Shown here: positions 25,529 to 32,000 of the stretch, one piece after another
Layout of the letters: the number at the start of each line of letters is the position of its first letter
Position numbering within the stretch: position 1 is the first letter of the stretch
NCBI RefSeq assembly: GCF_000018305.1
Contig: NC_009954.1
Span: 1 to 32,000 of the forward strand
Origin: Caldivirga maquilingensis IC-167
GTDB taxonomy: Archaea; Thermoproteota; Thermoprotei; Thermoproteales; Thermocladiaceae
Direction of reading: 5' to 3'
Length of the DNA stretch: 32,000 nt
Translations under genes and position numbers: made by a program
The notes under the pieces: model-generated
What the model saw: the letters and a program-made list of their open reading frames with translations, nothing else
Database searches by the model: none
Told to the model about the DNA's origin: nothing

Positions 25529-26380
25529 GTGGACACGCTGATAACTTACCTACCATTCTACAGGATACATGAGGTCATTGATTACTTCATGGTTAACGCT
25601 AAGCTACTTAATGTTAAACACCGCATAGTCTACGTTGATAATGTGTTTAAGGATAGGCAGGTGGAGTTACTTAGAAGGATTCTCCCCGAGGATGTTGAAG
25701 TCAGGTACGGTAATTGGCGTGACAGGAACTTAACGTTCATGAGGATTATAAGGGATGCTAAGGAGGAGGGGTTAGACGCCCTGGTTGTTGATAGTGATAA
25801 CCTGCTTGAGGATGAATTAGCTGAGGCTGATCATGAATTAATCAGCAAATTCAACTACTACACTGTGCTTGACCATGAGACCAAGGGTAGGGCAATATTC
25901 CTAAGTAGGAGTATTAAACTGGGTGACATTAACGTTAATGGGAGGAGCATTGAGGTTTACGGCTACAGGATCCCAGGCTTCTGGAAGGCGATCTTCTTCA
26001 TTGGCCCTAAGCAGGCGGTTAGGTTAAGTAAACCACTCCTTGATTCAGTAAACTTAAGCACCCTGGGTAAGATCGAGGAGTCGCTTAGGGATATGGAGCC
26101 AGGAATTAGGCTTTACGTCAGTGATGAAACAACCCTAGGCCTACTACTATACTATAGTGGTGTAAGGGTGATGCCGTGGGTAACAATGAGCCACCACATG
26201 CATCACGGATCCACCACCGTTAATGATATGAGGACCCTTAAGTTACTTGTAGCCACCGCCCATGCCCAGTTGGGTAGGGGGCTTGTGGCAAGGGGTATGG
26301 GTGGTAGGGTTCTCTGGTATCTTAGTAGATATAAGATATCACAGTTACTCAACTTCATTGTAAGCTACGTAGTTAATTAA
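25529..26380 (+). CDS. Hypothetical protein; possibly a GT-A-fold glycosyltransferase-like protein (weak)
   Basis: 283 codons with a GTG start, 22-34 nt downstream of an AAATTTTATTAAG box (~25495-25507). The pattern LITYLP...RIVYVDN...ALVVDSDN resembles the beta1 / DxD layout of GT-A folds. I recognised no other motif. The confidence covers CDS existence; the product call is about 0.3. Confidence 0.55.
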   Translation: MDTLITYLPFYRIHEVIDYFMVNAKLLNVKHRIVYVDNVFKDRQVELLRRILPEDVEVRYGNWRDRNLTFMRIIRDAKEEGLDALVVDSDNLLEDELAEADHELISKFNYYTVLDHETKGRAIFLSRSIKLGDINVNGRSIEVYGYRIPGFWKAIFFIGPKQAVRLSKPLLDSVNLSTLGKIEESLRDMEPGIRLYVSDETTLGLLLYYSGVRVMPWVTMSHHMHHGSTTVNDMRTLKLLVATAHAQLGRGLVARGMGGRVLWYLSRYKISQLLNFIVSYVVN

Positions 26381-26411
26381 ACCTTGGGTTAAACACCTTA
26401 TTCAGTATGCT

Positions 26412-27662
26412 TCACTTACATGAACCTAAACCACCTGCATCAGTGCCCATAATGTTGATTCTCCAGTTACTTAACAGTGACCTTTCATTAATACTGCTTA
26501 ATTCACTGGCCTTTACCTTAATAATACTTGCCTTAATTACGCCTAATAGGTTAATTACCCTGCTTAATTCCTCGTCAAGCCTACTTGGTGTTGATCTAGT
26601 CCTCGGCTTCCTAGAGAACACTGAGCAGGGTTCAATCATTTTCACTGATTCCTCATACGTACCTATCCTCTTAGCTAACTTAATTATATCATCCTTATCC
26701 ATACCTATTAAGGGCCTGAATATAGGCACATTAATACCCGCTGATGCTGAGTACAGGTTACTTAAGGTTTGACTACTAACTTGACCTAGGGATTCACCGG
26801 TAACTATACCCATGTAACCACCCTCCACAGCTATTGATTCAGCTAACCTGTATAGGAATTTCTTAAAGACAGTGTTCATTAAGTGGCTGTTAACTGAACT
26901 CCTCATGGCGTTAACTAATTGAGTGCAGTCAGCGATCATGATTAATGGGTCGTACCCAAATACCCAATTCTCGTAAAGATACCTAATAACCCTAATTAAC
27001 CCAATAACATCCACTGGTGGGGCTAGACTGCAGAACAATGCATCAACCAAGGCCCCCCTCCTACTCATTAACCAATAAGCCACAGGTGAGTCAAAGCCAC
27101 CGGAGACTAGGGCAAGTACCTTACCTCCCTGTGAACCTAAAGGTAAGCCACCTGGCCCATCTATTACCTCATCGAATAGGAAGGCGTAATTATCCCTAAT
27201 CTCCACATACAACTCCACCTCCGGGTTATCTAAGTCAACACCATTGGAGAATGGGTAGAGTACTGCACCAACACGCTTAGCCACGTCAATTGATGTGAAT
27301 GGGTGATTACCAGTCCTACTAACCCTGACCGCGAACTTCCTCCCATTCACCTTACCACGCCATAGTTCATAGGCCGCAATAACTATATCATTAATGCTAC
27401 TGAAGTTAAGCGAGTAGGCTGGTGATGTTGATACAACGCCAAAAACCCTCGCGGCCATTAGGGCTGTATTAATTAAATTCTCCTTAGGCACGTTAATCAG
27501 AATCCTACCCCTAGTCTTACTAATACTATAGTTTAATACACCTCCTCTCCTTAAGGCTTCCTGAATATTCTTAGTGAGCAGGTTCTCCAACCTAACCCTA
27601 ACCCTATTACTCTTCACTCCTATTTCCCCATACCTAACGAGTACAATTGGGTTAAGGTTCAT
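26412..27662 (-). CDS. thiI: tRNA 4-thiouridine sulfurtransferase ThiI (THUMP plus PP-loop ATPase), no rhodanese domain
   Basis: THUMP-type N-terminus VLVRYGEIGVKSNRVRVRLENLL. PP-loop motif ALVSGGFDSPVA. Conserved IVTGESLGQVSSQT and EPCSVF. The ORF-track start at 27671 is TTG; the ATG at 27660-27662 follows an ATATTAATA box by about 21-29 nt. Confidence 0.85.
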   Translation of the reverse strand: MNLNPIVLVRYGEIGVKSNRVRVRLENLLTKNIQEALRRGGVLNYSISKTRGRILINVPKENLINTALMAARVFGVVSTSPAYSLNFSSINDIVIAAYELWRGKVNGRKFAVRVSRTGNHPFTSIDVAKRVGAVLYPFSNGVDLDNPEVELYVEIRDNYAFLFDEVIDGPGGLPLGSQGGKVLALVSGGFDSPVAYWLMSRRGALVDALFCSLAPPVDVIGLIRVIRYLYENWVFGYDPLIMIADCTQLVNAMRSSVNSHLMNTVFKKFLYRLAESIAVEGGYMGIVTGESLGQVSSQTLSNLYSASAGINVPIFRPLIGMDKDDIIKLAKRIGTYEESVKMIEPCSVFSRKPRTRSTPSRLDEELSRVINLLGVIKASIIKVKASELSSINERSLLSNWRINIMGTDAGGLGSCK

Positions 27663-27694
27663 TAGACCCAAGGCTCCTGTGGTATTAATATTTC

Positions 27695-28252
27695 TTATCC
27701 ATGAACCTGACTTATACTGTTGGTTAAATTCGACTTACCTCTAATGTACTTGAGCACAAGCCTCTTGGCTTCCTCAACCCCCATGAATTCCTTAACCTTA
27801 GTCCACTTACCTGGTTCAAGCTCCTTATAATGTTCAAAGAAGTGCCTAACCTGGTAGAGTATTACATCGGGTAGGTCCTTAATGTCCTTAATCATTGAGA
27901 ACCTTGGGTCAACTCTACTTAGCGGTACTGTTATTAACTTGTAATCAAGCCCCTTCTCATCCTCCATGTTTAAGGCACCCACTGGTCTAACATCAACAAT
28001 GGTGCCTGGTAGGAATGATGCACTACTTATTACTACGGCATCAAGTGGGTCACCATCCTCAGTTAACGTCCCCGGTATGAAACCGTAATTAAACGGGTAC
28101 GACATAGCCGTATAAAGCACCCTATCAACAATAAACACACCACTGGCGCTATCAAACTCATACTTAACATTAGAACCCGCCGGGATCTCAACAACAACAT
28201 AGAGTTCATCCGGCGGATTCCTACCAGGCGGTAGATTAGTAATATTAACCAT
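27695..28252 (-). CDS. ppa: Inorganic pyrophosphatase (family I)
   Basis: Motifs [39 protein letters not shown] and HFFEHYK. The ORF-track start at 28264 is TTG. The ATG at 28250-28252 ([10 protein letters not shown]...) matches the usual N-terminus. Confidence 0.92.
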   Translation of the reverse strand: MVNITNLPPGRNPPDELYVVVEIPAGSNVKYEFDSASGVFIVDRVLYTAMSYPFNYGFIPGTLTEDGDPLDAVVISSASFLPGTIVDVRPVGALNMEDEKGLDYKLITVPLSRVDPRFSMIKDIKDLPDVILYQVRHFFEHYKELEPGKWTKVKEFMGVEEAKRLVLKYIRGKSNLTNSISQVHG

Positions 28253-28445
28253 TATATGGGACAATAATTCACCCCTTAATAAAGTTTACTTAGTGCACTT
28301 AGCCGTAACTGAGTGTAATGGTATATAGGGGAATATAGTTAGTGATAAAAATATTCATTAATGATTAATGTTTTAAATAATCCCTAGTAAATCATCAATG
28401 AATTAGGGTTATATTAAGGATTAGTTATGCAGGAGGGAAGCTATT

Positions 28446-28664
28446 TTAGTTTACTTTAAACATTCTATTCCTCTCATCGTAAGTGTACGTTATTGGTGGC
28501 GTTAATATACCGTATATTACCACAATGTTGTCTGGATTCCTTGAGTTTGACGCTATATAGCTTACACTACCATGACCATCCCTACCATTAATCCTCTTAA
28601 CAGTCCTCCTTACCACTGTCTTCTTAACTGTATCTAATGGGATTTTTGTAGTTGGTACGTTCAT
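28446..28664 (-). CDS. Small (72 aa) basic hypothetical protein
   Basis: A stand-alone ORF between two ~180-200-bp AT-rich spacers. A TTATATAA box at ~28701-28708 lies upstream. Candidate starts are GTG at 28673 or ATG at 28664. By my count there are about 12 K/R versus about 5 D/E, and the sequence looks beta-rich. I recognised no family. Confidence 0.5.
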   Translation of the reverse strand: MNVPTTKIPLDTVKKTVVRRTVKRINGRDGHGSVSYIASNSRNPDNIVVIYGILTPPITYTYDERNRMFKVN

Positions 28665-28868
28665 TTCACTCACCTCAAGTACACCTACAGTGGAGGGGGT
28701 TTATATAACTTTCTGAGTTATCTACTATCACTATGTAGCTTAATGGATCTTAAACACAACATAAATATTAAGCACGATTCCCTAGGTAATAATAGTGATA
28801 AATTTTACTTAGTTTATCTAAGGAATTGAAAGATGAGGATTTAACCTAGGCATCAACGTTAAAATACA

Positions 28869-30395
28869 TTACTCAGGCGGTATCTCAGTGTAGGTTAAGG
28901 CAATATCAATGCCAAGTCTCCTCCTATTTAATTCACGGGAAACAAAATACAGTACAATGCCTATTAATACTGCTGCAGCCTCAACACCATAGGCTAACGG
29001 ATTACCACCCCATATTGATGGATACTCCAGGAATTGGTAGGTTAGAAAACCCATTACCGCGGCTTGAAGCATACCAGATACCGCTAACGCTGCCTTACCA
29101 GGTTTACTTAAGCTCATTAAACCAGCCCCCTTAATACCTATTACCACGGCGGCGGCGCCAATAGCCATGTAGTACAGTAACGCCTCAACAACTGCACCAT
29201 ACAGTGCAGTGAATGTACCGTAGAATACACCGGCTAGCGTAATTAGGATGGAGGTTATGGTTAAGTCAAGTAAATGGGCGTAGATTGGTGAACCAAATCT
29301 TGGGCTTAGGTAGGTGAGGAAACTTGGTAGGACTCTGTCAAAGGACATGGCGAACCAATACCTAACAACTATAATTGCACCGTAGGCTAGTATAGCTAGG
29401 TTCCACGTTACTGAACCTATTCCAATAATCCAAGCCAATACGGGGTTACTCGACGCTGCCATGGCTATTGTCCAGTAGTTTACCGTACCATTTATGCTTG
29501 GGTTAGATAAAGCTGCAGTAACGAAGTTGAAGCCTAATGCATGATACATGGCCGTAAAGCCTATTGTTGCGAGGAGCATTGTTAAGAGGGCCGCTGTGGG
29601 TACGTTAAGGCTAACAGCCCTTCTACCCTTAATCTCAGAGGACATGGCAGGCCCCGCGTTGAGCCATGGGTATATGTATATTGCGAAGAAGGGTAGCATC
29701 ATTATTGTTGGGCCTAGTGCGAAGTATGGGCCAGTGTACTGTGAAGCAACCTTACTGTATGTGTATCCATTGGGGAGGAGGCTTGAGACGGCTTCAATGA
29801 TCTTAACCCTAGGTGTGAGGAATAGTACGAGGAATGATAGAATTAGGCTTAGTATTGAGAATAACGTTAACCCAGTCATTAACCTAATACCATACTTAGT
29901 ACCCATTATATTTACCGCGACTATAATGGCGAACAACGCTATTGAGAACACAATACTCTCCACTGGGGTTATTGCAATATTAACACCTAGTAGTGGTAGG
30001 ATTAGTGATAATTGATCAACACCAGCTATGGCTATTAGTGAGTAGTAGACTAAGGATTCTATGACGAATCCGAGGGCCAGCCCGAAAACTAACCAAGCCA
30101 ACTTTGCTCCAAAGGCCCTGGTTAACCATACGTAGTCTCCTCCTGTTCTTGGTATGTGTTTTGTTAGTGTTGTGTATGTTATTATTTGTGGTATTGATAG
30201 TGTGAAGGCTATTATTGATGCTGCAACTAGGTTAACACCAGACACTGTGGGTAAGGAGGCTAGTGTAAAACCAACAGTACCCAAAGCAGCACCAACAGAC
30301 ATATTAGCAACATTAACACTAACAGCATCAACAAAACCAGCCTCCCTAACCAAACCAGTAGAACCCCTAACAAACAAACCCTTACTATTCTCCAT
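28869..30395 (-). CDS. APC-superfamily amino acid/polyamine permease
   Basis: 508 aa with about 12-13 hydrophobic helices. The N-terminal segment GLFVRGSTGLVREAGFVDAVSVNVANMSVGAALG is typical of APC/amino-acid transporters. True ATG at 30393-30395. Confidence 0.8.
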   Translation of the reverse strand: MENSKGLFVRGSTGLVREAGFVDAVSVNVANMSVGAALGTVGFTLASLPTVSGVNLVAASIIAFTLSIPQIITYTTLTKHIPRTGGDYVWLTRAFGAKLAWLVFGLALGFVIESLVYYSLIAIAGVDQLSLILPLLGVNIAITPVESIVFSIALFAIIVAVNIMGTKYGIRLMTGLTLFSILSLILSFLVLFLTPRVKIIEAVSSLLPNGYTYSKVASQYTGPYFALGPTIMMLPFFAIYIYPWLNAGPAMSSEIKGRRAVSLNVPTAALLTMLLATIGFTAMYHALGFNFVTAALSNPSINGTVNYWTIAMAASSNPVLAWIIGIGSVTWNLAILAYGAIIVVRYWFAMSFDRVLPSFLTYLSPRFGSPIYAHLLDLTITSILITLAGVFYGTFTALYGAVVEALLYYMAIGAAAVVIGIKGAGLMSLSKPGKAALAVSGMLQAAVMGFLTYQFLEYPSIWGGNPLAYGVEAAAVLIGIVLYFVSRELNRRRLGIDIALTYTEIPPE

Positions 30396-30454
30396 ATAAA
30401 CCGCTGAGTAAATTGGTTTAAATAGTTTTCCTTTATTTTAAAATAAAATTAAGT

Positions 30455-30493
30455 TAATTGATTACATGATTATCATCATCATGTAATCAATTA
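30455..30493. repeat. Perfect 16-bp inverted repeat (TAATTGATTACATGAT / ATCATGTAATCAATTA) with a 7-nt spacer, between the FAD-protein stop and the permease promoter
   Basis: Read directly: left arm 30455-30470, spacer tatcatc 30471-30477, right arm 30478-30493. On the minus strand it is followed within about 10 nt by AATTTTATTTT and sits just upstream of the A/T boxes (30413-30449) preceding the permease ATG. Confidence 0.85.
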
Positions 30494-30561
30494 CATAAAT
30501 GATAAGCACATAGCCTAGCATGAATCCCAGGATCAATAATGGGGATACCTTGATTTTTACA

Positions 30562-31980
30562 TTACTTCAATTTATTAAATAATTCATTTTTAACATCCTT
30601 ACCAAGCTTAGTTAATATACCCCAGGCAGCAATCACACCTGTAGCTGCTGCAACATTGATTCCCCTTGATAAGCCTGCTCCATCGCCTGCGGCGAATAAG
30701 CCATCAATGGTGGTTTCCATTAACTTATTCACAACAGCCCTCATGCTGTAGTACTTTATTTCAGGCGCGTAGAGTAGTGTGTACTTTGATGCTAAGCCGG
30801 GCACCACGTTATCAACCTTATGTAGGAATTCCAGGAGGTTGTCAATAATCCTGTGGGGTAGCGCCATCCCTATATCCCCTGGCGTCACGAATTTAAGGGT
30901 TGGCTCCACTATACTCCTCCTAATCCTATCCCACGTAGACCTCCTGCCATCCTCCAGGTCACCAAGCCTCTGGATAATTGGCCTCCCTCCACCTAGCTTA
31001 GTGGCTAATTTGGCTATGGATTTACCGTACTCAATAGTATCCTCCATTGGGTCCGTTAACCTTATTGATGTTAGTAACGCGAAGTTAGTGTTACTGCTCT
31101 TCCTATCCAGGTAGGTTTCACCGTTGACGCCGATGGTTTTATCATCGTAATTCTCCATTACCACGAAGCCACCTGGATTAACGCAGAATGTCCTAACCTT
31201 ATCGTCATGTGACTTAGTGTACATTATTACTTTAGGATCCATGTATAGTTCAGTTAAGGGATCCATAACGTATCTAGGTACCTCAACCCTAACCCCCACG
31301 TCCAGTGGATTCGGGTTAAGCTCAATACCAATCCTCCTAGCCTCATCCCTAAACCACTCTGCCCCAGCCCTACCTGGTGCAATAAGCACTGTTTTAGCCT
31401 CCAAGTCACCCCTCTTAGTCTTAAGCCTGAATAAGCCGTCACTACGCGTAATATGTTCAACAGCTGTACCCACTATTATGTTGACGCCGGCCTCCTTAAG
31501 GTATGATGTGAAGTTTTCAATAACCCTGATTGAGCCATCAGTCCCAATGTGCCTTTGCCTAATGGGTACTAATTGAGCCCCAACCTTAGCTAAGGATCTT
31601 TGATAATCCTCGAATAGTGAGCCGCTTGGTTCAAAAACCCTATCCTGCGGTGCACCGAACTTAATGAATACTTCATCAACGTAATTTATAATACTCATTG
31701 ATGCGCTCCAACTACCCACTAGTTCATGCAAGTCACCACCTATGTCTGGTCTCAGGTTTATTATACCACTGCTGAATAATCCCGCACCCCCTATACCGTG
31801 AGTTATGTGGCATGGAACACATACGCATTTACCAACCTTAGATAATGGGCAATGCCTCTGCCTAGCCATATAACCCTTATCCACTAATGCTATTCTTAAT
31901 CCATCAGCATTCCTGGTGAGTTCATACGCCGCAAATAAGCCCGCTGGTCCAGCCCCAATTATCGCTATGTCGTAAGTCAC
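30562..31980 (-). CDS. FAD-dependent oxidoreductase of the uncharacterised COG2509-like type
   Basis: N-terminal dinucleotide fold [19 protein letters not shown] and C-terminal [15 protein letters not shown] Cys cluster C-x7-C-x-C-x2-C lies at codons 31810-31851. The GTG start at 31978-31980 is preceded by GGGGTGAG, which suggests an upstream operon partner beyond the window edge. Confidence 0.75.
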   Translation of the reverse strand: MTYDIAIIGAGPAGLFAAYELTRNADGLRIALVDKGYMARQRHCPLSKVGKCVCVPCHITHGIGGAGLFSSGIINLRPDIGGDLHELVGSWSASMSIINYVDEVFIKFGAPQDRVFEPSGSLFEDYQRSLAKVGAQLVPIRQRHIGTDGSIRVIENFTSYLKEAGVNIIVGTAVEHITRSDGLFRLKTKRGDLEAKTVLIAPGRAGAEWFRDEARRIGIELNPNPLDVGVRVEVPRYVMDPLTELYMDPKVIMYTKSHDDKVRTFCVNPGGFVVMENYDDKTIGVNGETYLDRKSSNTNFALLTSIRLTDPMEDTIEYGKSIAKLATKLGGGRPIIQRLGDLEDGRRSTWDRIRRSIVEPTLKFVTPGDIGMALPHRIIDNLLEFLHKVDNVVPGLASKYTLLYAPEIKYYSMRAVVNKLMETTIDGLFAAGDGAGLSRGINVAAATGVIAAWGILTKLGKDVKNELFNKLK

Positions 31981-32000
31981 TGCGACTCACCCCTTAAATC

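Noticed and set aside
26407-27199. 121-aa and 60-aa plus-strand ORFs antisense to thiI
   Set aside because: They lie within a CDS with PP-loop and THUMP motifs and have shadow composition.
29548-31576. Plus-strand ORFs antisense to the permease and the FAD protein (29548..30015, 30154..30399, 30666..30848, 30779..31114, 31217..31576) and the minus-strand alternate-frame ORF 31254..31460
   Set aside because: They are fully embedded in better-supported CDSs and have no start-site context.
1-32000. Search for tRNA, rRNA, other structured RNA, CRISPR repeats, transposases or integrases
   Set aside because: Structured RNAs of hyperthermophiles appear as GC-rich islands, but every intergenic spacer here is AT-rich. 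I found no regularly spaced short direct repeats and no IS-like terminal inverted repeats or recombinase motifs.

Overview
This window reads as a chromosomal segment of a hyperthermophilic, probably acidophilic, crenarchaeon of the Thermoproteales type (Caldivirga/Vulcanisaeta-like); the taxon is an inference from archaea-specific r-proteins S24e/L19e/L32e, a thermosome, a tungsten AOR, A/T-rich TATA boxes about 23-32 nt upstream of start codons (leaderless mRNAs) and roughly 40-45% GC. I support 18 protein genes, 16 of them on the minus strand. I saw no tRNA, rRNA, CRISPR array, transposase or integrase. The left 15 kb (3..14903) is the unusual part. It holds three consecutive minus-strand genes, each with its own TATA box, encoding large exported proteins. 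The first is a 2938-aa, sequon-rich, charge-poor protein with a signal peptide, a C-terminal membrane anchor, and four near-identical 222-nt tandem repeats next to the anchor. The second is a 781-aa sedolisin (S53) serine-carboxyl peptidase with all four catalytic residues identifiable. The third is a 1149-aa protein with a seven-fold propeller-like repeat, roughly 66-77-aa tandem modules and the same type of C-terminal anchor. I interpret this as a candidate cell-envelope (S-layer-type) module with an associated acid protease; this is unverified. The right 17 kb is housekeeping: rps24e, AOR, a CPA2 antiporter fused to a CBS pair, thermosome, ask-asd (overlapping), an isolated rpl32e-rpl19e-rpl18 fragment, an orphan possibly GT-A-like ORF, thiI, ppa, a small basic orphan, an APC permease and a COG2509-like FAD protein. 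Several ORF-track starts (TTG/GTG) appear too long, and I corrected them using TATA spacing. All product calls rest on motif recognition by eye; no database search was possible.
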